From assembly GCA_001779315.1 (NCBI GenBank), contig MFJU01000028.1:614-64613 (forward strand): a DNA stretch of 64,000 nt, in the 5' to 3' direction. This document shows positions 19,181 to 29,817 of this stretch, piece by piece. Position numbers and translations under genes: made by a program. Below the pieces are notes generated by a model that worked only from the letters and a program-made list of their open reading frames with translations, had not been told where the DNA came from and made no database searches. The stretch's first letter is position 1. Each line of letters opens with the position of its first letter. The stretch is from Candidatus Gottesmanbacteria bacterium RIFCSPLOWO2_01_FULL_42_22. GTDB taxonomy: Bacteria > Patescibacteriota > Microgenomatia > 2-02-FULL-39-11.

Positions 19181-20683
19181 ATGAGCTATTTTGAAAGTGG
19201 TGATTGGCTAGGTCAAAGACCAGCAAAAGTTATAGGACAACCATCAAGCCAAGCTGGAGATTCATTTTTAACTCGAGACAACTGGGGTACTTGGGATTCG
19301 CAACCTACACAATATGCACTTGTACCCGTACAAAATCCTGACGATGGAGTCGATTTTTTTGACGCCGCAGGCAGAATAATAGCAGCCAAATACCTCACCA
19401 AACCGGGAAAACATGGAGAACCAAGTTTTGTTGACAGACAACAGGAAAAATTGGTACATCAATTAAACAGAAGTATGAGTTTATTCGGCGCCATGACGGA
19501 ACCGGTAGTAAATCCTTTCCCCGCCAATTTTAATCCGTTAATAGGTACTATTGCCCAACAGTATATTGATTTATTGCCAAGTGATGCTTTTACACCGACA
19601 CAGTTTGATACTCAAGTTGATTTGGACACAAGATTATTGGCCGAAAGGCTAAAATCAGGTAAATTGGATAAGGATTATGATATTACAGATGACGAGCGCC
19701 TGATTGCCCATGAAATCAATACTCTCATTGGTGCATATCCGGCCGCCAAGTTAGCTGAAATACTTAAAACACATGTCTTTGGCCGCGCCAATGATATCGT
19801 AGCATTAAGACATGCTAACAGGTTTACACACCTACAGCAAAGCCTTGCTAACGGAATGGAGAAATTAAATAGAATACAACCGGACAGATGGTTTGCTGTT
19901 GATTGGCTGACAAATTATCTATTGTTCACACCTGAAGAAAGGAAAGATTTACAAAATACCATCTGGACTATCACACCTACCCAAGTACACGTTAAAAGCA
20001 TTAGCAGGCTTGCTGAGGATGCCATAAGATATCCTCTAACAAATTTTAGTCCTCATGGAGGAAGCGATGATAGAATTTATGTCCAGGATGGAACTATGAA
20101 CTATGTTGATCGTTTAAGGAGCATAGGTATTCCTCAACTGCAACCTGCCATAAATACTTGGGCAAGAACGGGTATAGGTGGTCTGGTCGTATTCAGAAGC
20201 CTAAGAAGAGATGAAGAGGTAGCTAGATTCGGAGTCAGGAATTCTGCAGCTACATCAGATGCTATAAATAAATTAGGTGAAGTGGCAGGTAGCTATAAAT
20301 GGACTCTGGATAGAATGACCGAAAGTCTCAGAAACCCGGAAGGGGCTTATAAGTATCCTATCCGTCCCAATATGATCTTAGGATTGCTGCCCGACCCGCT
20401 TGTAACTGAAATTGATTTTAGAATAAGAAATAATGAAATTGATTGGGCATCCGGTTTGCCCCAGATTGCACAGGTTAAACAAGACTTAAAAGCACAATTA
20501 ACCGCTGCTGCCTTAAGAGCCGCTACCAATATCAGACCGGATGGAACCGTACCAAAGACCATGCAAGCTCCGGTTGATGAAGTTTCAAAACAGATTACAA
20601 CATGGAGTGGTGCGGAAGAAAGAATTAAAGGAAAAATTTCTCCTCCTGCAAAAAAATCAAGGAGCAGAAGGAGCCAAGATTAA
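19181..20683 (+). CDS. Hypothetical protein (500 aa)
   Basis: Long ORF in an operon-like arrangement; no family recognised. Confidence 0.8.
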   Translation: MSYFESGDWLGQRPAKVIGQPSSQAGDSFLTRDNWGTWDSQPTQYALVPVQNPDDGVDFFDAAGRIIAAKYLTKPGKHGEPSFVDRQQEKLVHQLNRSMSLFGAMTEPVVNPFPANFNPLIGTIAQQYIDLLPSDAFTPTQFDTQVDLDTRLLAERLKSGKLDKDYDITDDERLIAHEINTLIGAYPAAKLAEILKTHVFGRANDIVALRHANRFTHLQQSLANGMEKLNRIQPDRWFAVDWLTNYLLFTPEERKDLQNTIWTITPTQVHVKSISRLAEDAIRYPLTNFSPHGGSDDRIYVQDGTMNYVDRLRSIGIPQLQPAINTWARTGIGGLVVFRSLRRDEEVARFGVRNSAATSDAINKLGEVAGSYKWTLDRMTESLRNPEGAYKYPIRPNMILGLLPDPLVTEIDFRIRNNEIDWASGLPQIAQVKQDLKAQLTAAALRAATNIRPDGTVPKTMQAPVDEVSKQITTWSGAEERIKGKISPPAKKSRSRRSQD

Positions 20684-20698
20684 AAGAAAGGAAATATA

Positions 20699-21289
20699 AT
20701 GAAACCAAAAGAAATGGCATCTCAATCACATCAACCTGCTGCTCCAGCTTCTCCTCTTGAAGCTTTCAGTCAATTAAGATATAAACAAGTTCAATACTTG
20801 CAGAAATACTTTCCCGGATTAGAACCATCACACATTGTTGATCTTTTGAATACTTTTGCTCCAACAGCAGAACAAAAAGACCGTGCTGAACAGGCAGAGG
20901 AGTTACATCAGGCGAAAGCAAAAAGACATGACTTATCTGCCGGATTAGGTAATCTTTTAGTTGATGCTGAAAGGAGATTACAAACCACGATTGCAGAAAG
21001 CCAGAAACCTCATCCTCCAAGCGGAGTAAGAAAGTTTGTTGACCAACTGCTTCAACCCCTTACAGCTTTAAGTCAGGAAGCACAAAAAAAACGGGAGGGT
21101 CTGACAGGAATTCTTTTTAAGGATACTACTGAAGATACCCAGCCTATAAAAGTCGGAGAATCTGCTCAACAAGCAGACGTTCCTCCTTTTTTACAAAAGC
21201 ATGCAGTCCGTGCTGCATTATCATTTGATATTGATGAAAAACCCGAAAGTGGTAAGCAGAGGAATATTTGGGATAGAAGCGAGTGGTAA
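20699..21289 (+). CDS. Hypothetical coiled-coil protein
   Basis: AAAGGA RBS; 196-aa ORF. Confidence 0.75.
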   Translation: MKPKEMASQSHQPAAPASPLEAFSQLRYKQVQYLQKYFPGLEPSHIVDLLNTFAPTAEQKDRAEQAEELHQAKAKRHDLSAGLGNLLVDAERRLQTTIAESQKPHPPSGVRKFVDQLLQPLTALSQEAQKKREGLTGILFKDTTEDTQPIKVGESAQQADVPPFLQKHAVRAALSFDIDEKPESGKQRNIWDRSEW

Positions 21290-21421
21290 AATATAAGTCA
21301 GGTGTATATCGATATTGTTTTCAAAAAGAACAATGTCCTACTCCCTCTATTCTTCAATTTATCCGCTCGTCTCCCGATACAATCGGGACTGATGAAAAAT
21401 TATATGCTATACTATTCTCAC

Positions 21422-21804
21422 ATGAAAGAAGAAGCTGAATTATGGTTTAATTTGGCTGTAGAAGATTGGGAAAATGCACTTCTTTTATGGAAAAACACCG
21501 CTACGGCTTGACAATATTTTCCTGCCAGCAAGCTGTCGAAAAAATTCTTAAAGCTTATATTGTTGAATATAAACGTAAAGTACCGCCTAAAACTCACCGT
21601 ATAGAAGATCTTATTGAAATAGCAGGTCTTAATCTAACCGAAATCCAAAATCCTCAAGTAATTGAACTTTCCAAAGCTTATATCAGGGTCCGTTATCCTG
21701 ACTTGAATAAACAATATTTCAAATCAAAAGAACTTACTGAGCCATTGTATAATATGGCCGAAGGAGTTTATCTATGGGTAAAAAGCAAATTCAAAAAGCC
21801 TTAA
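21422..21804 (+). pseudogene. HEPN-domain protein, frameshifted
   Basis: MKEEAELWFNLAVEDWENALLLWK continues in another frame as HRYGLTIFSCQQAVEKILKA...KTH...RYPD; the shift is at the A5 run 21491-21495. Confidence 0.8.
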
Positions 21805-22091
21805 AAATATTTACAGAGCGAGCAAAAAAGAAATTCAATCCTGAACAGATCTTTTTATTTGGATCGTATGCTCGTGGCCAAGCTAATGAATATAGCGATG
21901 TTGATCTTATTGTCATCTCCAAAATATTTGTCAAAATTCCCCAAGAAAAACGGTTGGATATTCTCTACGATCTTACAAAGGGTCTTCGTCCAGATTTCCA
22001 TGTATATGGTTTTACCAAAAATGAGCTGGAAAAAGCTTCTCCTTTGACTACTTTGGGTGAAGCCAAAAAAACCGGTATTAGGTTAAGCTGA
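21774..22091 (+). CDS. Minimal nucleotidyltransferase (MNT)
   Basis: LFGSYARG...SDVDLIVIS. Confidence 0.9.
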   Translation: MGKKQIQKALKIFTERAKKKFNPEQIFLFGSYARGQANEYSDVDLIVISKIFVKIPQEKRLDILYDLTKGLRPDFHVYGFTKNELEKASPLTTLGEAKKTGIRLS

Positions 22092-22125
22092 TTAGTTACG
22101 GCGAGGTGAAACGAAACGGGCGGAA

Positions 22126-22368
22126 TTATTCCTGGGTTTTATCTTTTCTTTCAAAAGCAGGACGATAACCAGGCTCTCCGGGAAGCGCTGTTGTTTCCCC
22201 CGGTTCAAAACCATGCAAATTCTCATATTCCGCAGCGGCATGATCTCCGAAACGTTCCCTGGTATGAGTAGTTTCTATTCTCCCCTTAAGATTACTCCCT
22301 CCTGCCTGATCTAACTCTTCTGGACTTCTGGGTCTTACAGGTGGAATTATTTTTGGGATTTCACTCAT
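22126..22368 (-). CDS. Small hypothetical protein
   Basis: 80-aa ORF with AT-rich upstream region. Confidence 0.55.
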   Translation of the reverse strand: MSEIPKIIPPVRPRSPEELDQAGGSNLKGRIETTHTRERFGDHAAAEYENLHGFEPGETTALPGEPGYRPAFERKDKTQE

Positions 22369-22436
22369 TTTAAAATATTATACTATCTCTTTCATATTAT
22401 ATATTTTCCCTATACTCCAAAATAATTTATACTATA

Positions 22437-22778
22437 TTACCTTACTCTTCTAGTTATTTTCTGATTTGCTCTTGTCAAAGTTCCATCTCTTCTTACTCCA
22501 CCAATACTTGTCACTATTCCTCTATCAGTTAATACATCATATTCACTTATTGCTGGTCGTTCGTCAGGAATTTCCGGACCATAATTCAAAATTATCAATT
22601 TGGTTTTACACTCATCATAAGGTCCATCTGGTTCACGCATTTTTCTTCTCGCATTCGGTGGAACCTCGGTCCCCAGTTCCGGAAAAACATCAATTAACTC
22701 ATCAGGCGGAGTATGGAAATCTCGAAAAGAAGACTTTCCTCCTCCCGCAATATCTCTAGGGCTTTTGATTTCTAACAT
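22437..22778 (-). CDS. Small hypothetical protein
   Basis: 113-aa ORF with TATAAT upstream on the minus strand. Confidence 0.6.
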   Translation of the reverse strand: MLEIKSPRDIAGGGKSSFRDFHTPPDELIDVFPELGTEVPPNARRKMREPDGPYDECKTKLIILNYGPEIPDERPAISEYDVLTDRGIVTSIGGVRRDGTLTRANQKITRRVR

Positions 22779-22878
22779 ATAGATAAGGAATTATACAATA
22801 ATCTGATAATATCAAAAAATGTTTAAATTTCTTACAGCTTGAGGGATTTGAGGCAGTTTTTAAAGCCGGCTTGCCACC

Positions 22879-24294
22879 TCAATAGTAGACTGGATTTGAA
22901 AATTTGAAGCCAAAAAGGAAGAAAACGGCTAGGCCGAGAATGAAATAAATAATCAGCCAGACAACCGTCAGAACAACGGTTAATACCCCCCAACCCATTC
23001 CCTTTTTATATCCGTAATACAGCCCCGGAATGAATAAACCGACTATATAAACGCAGAAAGAAATTATCATTGCCGCTACTCTCAACAACATGGCAATCTG
23101 ATAATCGGCATAATTCAAATAGTTAAAGAGGAGAATTAATAAAATACCGTAACCGCCCAAAATCAGTGATGAAATAAAAGATATGCCTGCTGCCATAACT
23201 GCCCGTATACTGTTGTCTTCTTGGGTCTGATCGGACTTAATTTCCTTTTTTAAGGCGCTCCCACGTACATATTTCAGGATTTTTCTAGCCAGCAATGTAA
23301 TTAAAGCCAGCACCAGCAATATGCCAAATACTGAAACTATTATTTCTTTCCCGTATAACTTAAATCGGGAATTGGCGTAGATCCCGCTGACTTTATAAGA
23401 TTCAAGGGGTGCTAGGTTAGCCGCATTCTTCACAATCGCACCCTGGCCTATCTGGGAAATAACGTTATCTATAGCAGAGCTTGCAAAAGCCCCTCCTCCT
23501 TTTGCTTGCGGGGATTTCATCAACATTTCGCTGTTGGCGTATCTGTAACCGACTTCCCCCTGGCCGCCTTTGATGAACATATCCGCATCAGTCGAGATGC
23601 CTATATTGAGATTATTAATGGCATTGGCTGCCTTCAAAGACTCAATGGTAAATTTATAAGCTCCGAAAAAGTTTTTCCGGGCAAAACCTAAAGCCCTGAA
23701 ATAAACCAAAAAAGCCCCGGATTTTTCATTCTGAATCGGCTTTGGCAGAAAGATTTCCAGTGTATCGAGGCTATAATTATATTTGGCTCTCTGGTATTTC
23801 CCTCCGCCGTAATAGTCAAAATAATCGGGCTCACTGTACTCTAAACATCCCGGATTATATTTTAAAGGCATCCCTATCCCTTCCGGATTAAGCGGTCTCT
23901 GGGCATATCTCATACAGTAGCCCTGGGCGGTAATCTGGTAAGCGGCTATATCGGAAGGGAGTATTCTGGATGGCAACCTCAAGGAAACGGCAGTTAATTC
24001 CGATCCGTCCGGATTTAAGTTTGATAATGCAACTTTCAAAGTCACTACGGCTTCCCCATTGCCCCGCAAGACCACGGAATAATCGTGATTTTCACCGCTA
24101 AAATGCGGGGGCCGTCTGTCCGGTACCGGATAATATTCCGGAGCGATTTTCAGTTGGGCCGGTTCTGTTTGTTCGACAACATCCGGGTATCCGGACGGAG
24201 CAAGAAATATTTCCTGGGCGAAACCTGAAGACGGAATATTCAATAATACGAGACTCAAAATAAACGCAGAAACTGCCAAAAATAATTTCCTCAT
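22879..24294 (-). CDS. Secreted/membrane protein with C-terminal TM helices
   Basis: Signal peptide, extracellular domain, four C-terminal TM helices. Confidence 0.85.
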   Translation of the reverse strand: MRKLFLAVSAFILSLVLLNIPSSGFAQEIFLAPSGYPDVVEQTEPAQLKIAPEYYPVPDRRPPHFSGENHDYSVVLRGNGEAVVTLKVALSNLNPDGSELTAVSLRLPSRILPSDIAAYQITAQGYCMRYAQRPLNPEGIGMPLKYNPGCLEYSEPDYFDYYGGGKYQRAKYNYSLDTLEIFLPKPIQNEKSGAFLVYFRALGFARKNFFGAYKFTIESLKAANAINNLNIGISTDADMFIKGGQGEVGYRYANSEMLMKSPQAKGGGAFASSAIDNVISQIGQGAIVKNAANLAPLESYKVSGIYANSRFKLYGKEIIVSVFGILLVLALITLLARKILKYVRGSALKKEIKSDQTQEDNSIRAVMAAGISFISSLILGGYGILLILLFNYLNYADYQIAMLLRVAAMIISFCVYIVGLFIPGLYYGYKKGMGWGVLTVVLTVVWLIIYFILGLAVFFLFGFKFSNPVYY

Positions 24295-24358
24295 TTATGT
24301 TAATTAATCCACAAAATTCAGTCTCTGTCAATAAGCCTAAACAATCTTGCAGGCGATT

Positions 24359-25243
24359 TTAGAGTTTGAGGGATTTGAGGTAGTCTTTGAGTTGGCCGTT
24401 GATCTCGGGGTGTTTGAGGGCCAGATCGATAACTGTCCTCAAATATTCGAACTTATTGCCGGTGTCGTAATAATGGGCATTGTCGATTTCGCAGACCAAG
24501 ACTTTTTCTATCTTAATCAGCTGGTCTATCGCGTCCGGAAGCCATAATTCTCCGCCTTTGCCCGGTTTCAAGTTCTCAATAATCGGGAAAATCTCCGGCG
24601 GCAGGATATAAGCGCCGTGAGCAGCCAGATTGGAAGGAGCTCTATTAGGATCCGGTTTTTCGATTATCTGCAATACCTGGTAAACATTGTCCTCGATATG
24701 TTTAACCTCGGCGATACCGTAACGGGCCAGGTCCTTTTTGGATTTTATCCTGACGCCTGAGATGACCGGAGAACCGTATTTTTCATAGACATCAATCATT
24801 TGCTTCAATCTCGGAGGATTGGCATGAATAAATTCATCTCCCCATAAAACGGCAAACGGCTCGTTGCCGACGACATTCCTGGCGCACATGACCGGTGTGG
24901 CATTGCCATACGGCCCTTTTTGGCGGACATAAATGAAATTGGCCATATTGGCAATGCGGCGTACTTCGGAAAGCTCTTTTTCCTTGCCGGCTTCCTTTAA
25001 ACGCTGTTCCAGTTCATAAGGATAATCGAAATGATCCTCGATTGAACGCTTGTGCCAGCCTGTGATCATAACAATATCGGTAATGCCGGACTCAACGATT
25101 TCTTCAACCACATATTGGATTACCGGCTTATCTACAATCGGCAGCATTTCCTTGGGCATGGCTTTTGTCTGGGGCAAAAAGCGCGTTCCGAAACCCGCGG
25201 CTGGGATGACGGCCTTGCGGATAGAAACTGATTTTTTCTTCAT
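24359..25243 (-). CDS. galU: UTP-glucose-1-phosphate uridylyltransferase
   Basis: KAVIPAAGFGTRFLPQTKAMPKEMLPIVDKP; EKP; YDTGN. Confidence 0.95.
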   Translation of the reverse strand: MKKKSVSIRKAVIPAAGFGTRFLPQTKAMPKEMLPIVDKPVIQYVVEEIVESGITDIVMITGWHKRSIEDHFDYPYELEQRLKEAGKEKELSEVRRIANMANFIYVRQKGPYGNATPVMCARNVVGNEPFAVLWGDEFIHANPPRLKQMIDVYEKYGSPVISGVRIKSKKDLARYGIAEVKHIEDNVYQVLQIIEKPDPNRAPSNLAAHGAYILPPEIFPIIENLKPGKGGELWLPDAIDQLIKIEKVLVCEIDNAHYYDTGNKFEYLRTVIDLALKHPEINGQLKDYLKSLKL

Positions 25244-25317
25244 TAAATGATGACTAGTATAGTAATAAAGTTAGCTTTACAAGTCAACTTTTATCTGCTA
25301 GACTCGGAACTTACTTT

Positions 25318-25539
25318 ATGGCAAACCAACCCTCGCCCATGATGCCAGATTTTAAGGGAAATCCGGCGATTTTTTTAAAGGAGGTTAAAAGCGAATTAAG
25401 CAAAGTCATCTGGCCGACCCGCGACCAGGTCATCCGCTTCACTTTTGTGGTGATAGCGGTTTCCATCGTCTTCGGTTTCTATATCGGCGGCCTTGACCTG
25501 ATTTTTACTAAAATGACCAATCTTCTGGTAGGCAAATAA
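25318..25539 (+). CDS. secE: Preprotein translocase subunit SecE
   Basis: FLKEVKSELSKVIWPTR motif plus TM helix; directly upstream of nusG. Confidence 0.95.
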   Translation: MANQPSPMMPDFKGNPAIFLKEVKSELSKVIWPTRDQVIRFTFVVIAVSIVFGFYIGGLDLIFTKMTNLLVGK

Positions 25540-25554
25540 GACAGACAGTATAAT

Positions 25555-26229
25555 ATGCTTATGGCAGACAAAGATAAAAAAGTAAAGAAAGACGAGGCTG
25601 AAAATCCTGCAGCCGAGGCAACTCCCGCAGATTCTTCCACGGACACACCGGCTGAAACACCGGCTGATGATTCCGACGCTCCCTCCGTGAAACCTATCGA
25701 AGAAAAAAAAGGCCAGTGGTTTGTAGTCCATACCTATTCCGGACATGAAAACAAGGCGGCCGAGGCTCTCAAACAAAGAGTGGCGGCCATGAATCTGGAA
25801 AAGAAAATCTTTGAGGTATTGGTGCCGACGAGAAATATCGTCCTTGTCCGCCACGGCAAAAAGGAAGAAACCAAGGAAAAAATCTTCCCCGGCTATATCC
25901 TGGTGCGCATGACTTTGGACGATGAAAGCTGGCTGGCAGTAAGAACTACCCAGGGAGTGACCGCCTTTGTCGGCATGGGCAATAAACCGACCCCGATTTC
26001 CGATAAGGAAGTCATGGCCATCATGAAATTCATGGAGCTCGAGGCTCCCAAATTCAGAGCCAAATTCTCCAAAGGCGAGGCAGTCAAGATTGTCGACGGG
26101 CCTTTTGCCGATTTCCTGGGAACGATCGACCACATCGACGAAGAAAAAGGCAAAGTCAAAGTGCTCGTCTCAATTTTTGGCCGCGAAACCCCGGTCGAGC
26201 TCGATTTCCTGCAGATTAGGAAATTATAA
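25555..26229 (+). CDS. nusG: Transcription factor NusG with an acidic N-terminal extension
   Basis: WFVVHTYSGHE, FPGYILV, DGPFADF, SIFGRETPVEL. Confidence 0.97.
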   Translation: MLMADKDKKVKKDEAENPAAEATPADSSTDTPAETPADDSDAPSVKPIEEKKGQWFVVHTYSGHENKAAEALKQRVAAMNLEKKIFEVLVPTRNIVLVRHGKKEETKEKIFPGYILVRMTLDDESWLAVRTTQGVTAFVGMGNKPTPISDKEVMAIMKFMELEAPKFRAKFSKGEAVKIVDGPFADFLGTIDHIDEEKGKVKVLVSIFGRETPVELDFLQIRKL

Positions 26230-26258
26230 TCTGACACATTCCCCTAAGGAAATTATAT

Positions 26259-26541
26259 ATGAGAAAAAATAAAAAATTAAAGTTTATTCCAAAATTTAAA
26301 AATGAAGACGAAGAACGAGAGTTTTGGGCAACAACTGATTCTTCAGAATATTTTGATTGGTCAAAAGCTGAAAAAGTCACCTTTCTCAATCTGAAGCCTT
26401 CTACGGAAACCATTTCTGCTGAGACTGCCTCAGTTTTTACTGGCCCGTATTAAACAACTGGCGAATTCCAAAGATGTCCCCTATCAGTCTCTGATGAAAA
26501 TCTATTTGGCTGAAAGGATTGAAAAAGAGCTGAATAAATAA
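26259..26541 (+). pseudogene. CopG/BrnA-type antitoxin, frameshifted, with no toxin partner
   Basis: IPKFKNEDEEREFW...KPSTETIS, then after one extra base at ~26418 LRLPQFLLARIKQLANSKDVPYQSLMKIYLAERI. Confidence 0.8.
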
Positions 26542-27039
26542 AAGTATTCCCGGTTGAATTACCACACCTATCCTTTCTATCCTGGCTAAATGAAGAGCCT
26601 GACTCTACTTGGAATTAATTACGGAGCCAGGACTGATGGAGCCGTCAGGGTTTCAATCGGGGAATTTGAGGCGGGGGTAGCCAGATTTGAAAGCTTGTAA
26701 GTATGCTCCAAATCACTGCCTTTTGAAGAGATACCGCTAAGACGAAGGAAGAGTGAGGCGGTGATGAAAATAAGCCCGAGAAGTGTCCCCCAAATAAGTT
26801 TGGTCTTGGAAAAAGCTAACTCCGTGGACCCCGTTTTTTTCAAGATGTAAGGTACTTTATCCGAATAACTTTAGACTGTCAAATAGATGAGAATCTATAT
26901 TTAGTTTTCCTGCAGATTAAACTTTATAATTTTATAAATAACCTATAATTTAGATTAGTCAGCATGATTCCGAAATTCGACAGCCATCCAATCATTATCT
27001 TGAGATTTTGCGTAAATAGAATATAATCCGTTAAAAATT

Positions 27040-28254
27040 ATGGTAGAAAGAATTAGAGGTATCGGTGATAATTCTCAAGAATTGGAATTTTCGACTAGAC
27101 CTATAAAGATTTTATTTTTAAATAGTAAATTTCCGGGTTTTAATTTTCAAGCCGGAGGGTCGGAAAGAGCTTTGGAAAGACTTATAAATGGCCTTGACAG
27201 CCAATATCCCCGTCACTACCAATTGTCTTTATATGTTAAGGAGAACCGTAATATGGACCAGGATGTTCCCCTGCCCAATTCTGTATCCTATTCAGGCCAA
27301 AAGAGCCGCTTAGCATTAATTTCATATATATTAACAAACCAAAATCGGCATGATCTTCTGCATGTATATACCGGGATACTTCTTCCAAGCAGAATGCTGG
27401 GAATTATTGATGCTTTTTGGCACAAACCAATCATATTAAGAATTAATAGTTATAATATGATCCGAAATTATTCTCAATGTCCTCCCCTGCCCAGAAGATT
27501 ATTACTTAGTAAAATAAATAAATTTATCGCTCTTTCCCCGGAAATTGAGGAGGGTTTGCTGCAAATGGGTATCACAAGGGACCGCATAGCACTAATTCCA
27601 AACGGAATAGACATACAAATGTTCAGCCCACCGGAAAACTCTGCTCATAAAGAAAGCCTGCGGCAAAAATTATTCCCGAATATTCAAATGAGTAACAGGA
27701 TCGCCTTTCTGTACACCGGCCGCATTGAAGAAAAAAATAAAAAATGCCTGACGATGTTAGATCTCTGGTCTGCCTCTGATCTGCCAAATCAAGGCCATAT
27801 GATGGTAATGGCCGGACCAATAAACGAAGCTGATACAAACGCGAGAAATCGTTTAGAAGACTATAAAGAGAAAGGCATGAATATCGGTACATTTTGGACC
27901 GGTGCGCTTGAGACTAACCAACTGATAGAATATTATCGCGCGTCAGACTTCCATATCCTACCCAGTCTTCAGGAAGGCTTTTCCAATGCGTTAATTGAAG
28001 CTGCCGCCTGTGGCTTACCTCTGGTAGTCCGTAATTCAGTCAGCGGTAATTCCCAAATAGTCACATCTGCTACCGGTTTTCAGTTTGACAAAGATGAGAA
28101 TATAATACCACTTTTAACATATCTAACCCACATAGATGCACGGTCCTACGGAATAAATGCTAGACTGAGAGCTGAAAAGTTTGATAACCGCAATATTGTA
28201 AATCAATATCATCAACTGTATCAGTCTCTTGAGAGAATACCACGACATAATTGA
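27040..28254 (+). CDS. Glycosyltransferase family 4 (GT-B)
   Basis: AGGSER, IPNGID, YTGR, PSLQEGFSNALIEAAACG. Confidence 0.92.
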   Translation: MVERIRGIGDNSQELEFSTRPIKILFLNSKFPGFNFQAGGSERALERLINGLDSQYPRHYQLSLYVKENRNMDQDVPLPNSVSYSGQKSRLALISYILTNQNRHDLLHVYTGILLPSRMLGIIDAFWHKPIILRINSYNMIRNYSQCPPLPRRLLLSKINKFIALSPEIEEGLLQMGITRDRIALIPNGIDIQMFSPPENSAHKESLRQKLFPNIQMSNRIAFLYTGRIEEKNKKCLTMLDLWSASDLPNQGHMMVMAGPINEADTNARNRLEDYKEKGMNIGTFWTGALETNQLIEYYRASDFHILPSLQEGFSNALIEAAACGLPLVVRNSVSGNSQIVTSATGFQFDKDENIIPLLTYLTHIDARSYGINARLRAEKFDNRNIVNQYHQLYQSLERIPRHN

Positions 28255-28350
28255 CGACTTTTCTTCCCTAAATAATCCACTTTCCATATCCTGCTTCACG
28301 TCCTTCACATTTTCTACTTTTTATGGTAATATTTATTTTACCTGTATTTA

Positions 28351-28376
28351 GCAGGGAGGCGATAGCCGATGACCGC
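28351..28376 (+). promoter_or_regulatory. Putative ribosomal protein L1-binding leader
   Basis: gcaGGGAGgcgatagccgatGACCgc resembles the L1 autoregulatory site and lies upstream of rplK-rplA. Confidence 0.55.
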
Positions 28377-28425
28377 AGATCATATTCTTCTGTCAACTCA
28401 TCCCCTATTTGCCTTTATACCAAAA

Positions 28426-28851
28426 ATGCCAGCCAAAAAAGTCAAAACAATCATCAAGCTTAATTTACCGGCAGGCGAAGCGACACCGGCGCCTCCCGTC
28501 GGACCGGCTTTGGGCCAGCACGGACTCTCCATTATGGATTTTGTGCGGGTTTACAATGAAAAAACCGCCGACAAAAAGGGGCAAGTCATTCCGGCTGTCA
28601 TCACCGTCTATACCGACAGAACCTTCTCATTCATCACTAAACTGCCACCGGTTGCCGAAATGATCAAAAAAGCCCTAAACCTTGAGAAAGGCAGCCAGAA
28701 AACCGGACGTGAATTTGCCGGCACTCTTTCCCACGCCCAGGCAGAAACCATCGCCAAAGAAAAAATGGGAGATTTAAACTGCGATACAATTGAAGCGGCT
28801 GTCAAAGTAATTGAAGGCACAGCCCGCAGTATGGGAGTAAAGATTGAATAA
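28426..28851 (+). CDS. rplK: 50S ribosomal protein L11
   Basis: AGEATPAPPVGPALGQHG...GTARSMG; start at MPAKK. Confidence 0.97.
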   Translation: MPAKKVKTIIKLNLPAGEATPAPPVGPALGQHGLSIMDFVRVYNEKTADKKGQVIPAVITVYTDRTFSFITKLPPVAEMIKKALNLEKGSQKTGREFAGTLSHAQAETIAKEKMGDLNCDTIEAAVKVIEGTARSMGVKIE

Positions 28852-28875
28852 TCCTTCGACAAGCTGAAGATAAAT

Positions 28876-29754
28876 ATGGGAAAAATCAGAGTCTCAACTT
28901 TAGGAAGCAAAGAAGAAAAAGAAAGCCGAGAAAAACGGAAAGTCCAGCGTGAGGAGAAGAAAAAGCGTGCCGGAGCCGCCGGAGAGAAAGTCCATATAGC
29001 CGGACTTAAAGGCGGGCAAAGGGTCAAATCTGTCGGTACATCGGAGGAGGAAATTGATAAAATGGTCGCTTTGGCCCGCGAAGTTGAAAAAGACCAGACA
29101 GAAGGCATAAAACCGGAAACGGAAGAAGGCAAATCCAAGAAGAAAAAAAAGGCTAAAGTCAGGTCCAAAAAATACCAGGCGGCAGTCATGAAACTGGACC
29201 ACCAAAAAAAATATCCGCTCAATGATGCCCTTGAGGTTCTCCGCCAAGTTTCCTACGGCAAATTCAACGGCTCGGTAGAAATCCATATCAACGCTATCGA
29301 AAAAGGTTTAAGAGGTACTGTCAACCTGCCGCACGGCACCGGAAAAGAGATCAGAATTGTCATAGCTGAAGCATCCAATATCGATAAACTAGTCGAGGAA
29401 ATTTCCCAGGGCAAAATCAATTTTGACGCTCTTATCGCCCACCCATCAGCTGTGCCTAAACTGGCCAAAGTGGCCAAATTTTTGGGCCCCAGGGGTTTGA
29501 TGCCGAATCCGAAAGCCGGCACTATTTCCAGCGAACCAAAGAAACAGGCAGAAAAACTGAAAAAGGGAGAGGTCGCCTGGAAAAGCGAAGCGGATTTCCC
29601 CATCATCCACCAGGTAATCGGCAAACTATCCTTTAAGAACGGGCAGCTGGAAGAAAATTACCGGGCTTTCGTCAAATCAGTCGGCATAAATAAAATCAGC
29701 AGTATTACCCTCAAGTCTACCATGAGCCCCGGGATTAAAGTCCAAATTGAATAA
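28876..29754 (+). CDS. rplA: 50S ribosomal protein L1 with a long charged N-terminal extension
   Basis: RGTVNLPHGTGK, LGPRGLMPNPKAGT, STMSPGIKV. Confidence 0.95.
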   Translation: MGKIRVSTLGSKEEKESREKRKVQREEKKKRAGAAGEKVHIAGLKGGQRVKSVGTSEEEIDKMVALAREVEKDQTEGIKPETEEGKSKKKKKAKVRSKKYQAAVMKLDHQKKYPLNDALEVLRQVSYGKFNGSVEIHINAIEKGLRGTVNLPHGTGKEIRIVIAEASNIDKLVEEISQGKINFDALIAHPSAVPKLAKVAKFLGPRGLMPNPKAGTISSEPKKQAEKLKKGEVAWKSEADFPIIHQVIGKLSFKNGQLEENYRAFVKSVGINKISSITLKSTMSPGIKVQIE

Positions 29755-29817
29755 ACTCTGCATCGGAAAAACTTTTATCATTGACTTTTTGCTTCGGAAA
29801 CTTCTTAATTAAAGTAA

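Noticed and set aside
25396-26133. 245-aa minus-strand ORF, and similar long ORFs opposite rplA, rplL and the M23 gene
   Set aside because: Antisense shadows of well-supported genes.
26619-26843. 74-aa minus-strand ORF (also 34655-34924)
   Set aside because: Weak starts and no recognisable family; cannot be supported as genes.
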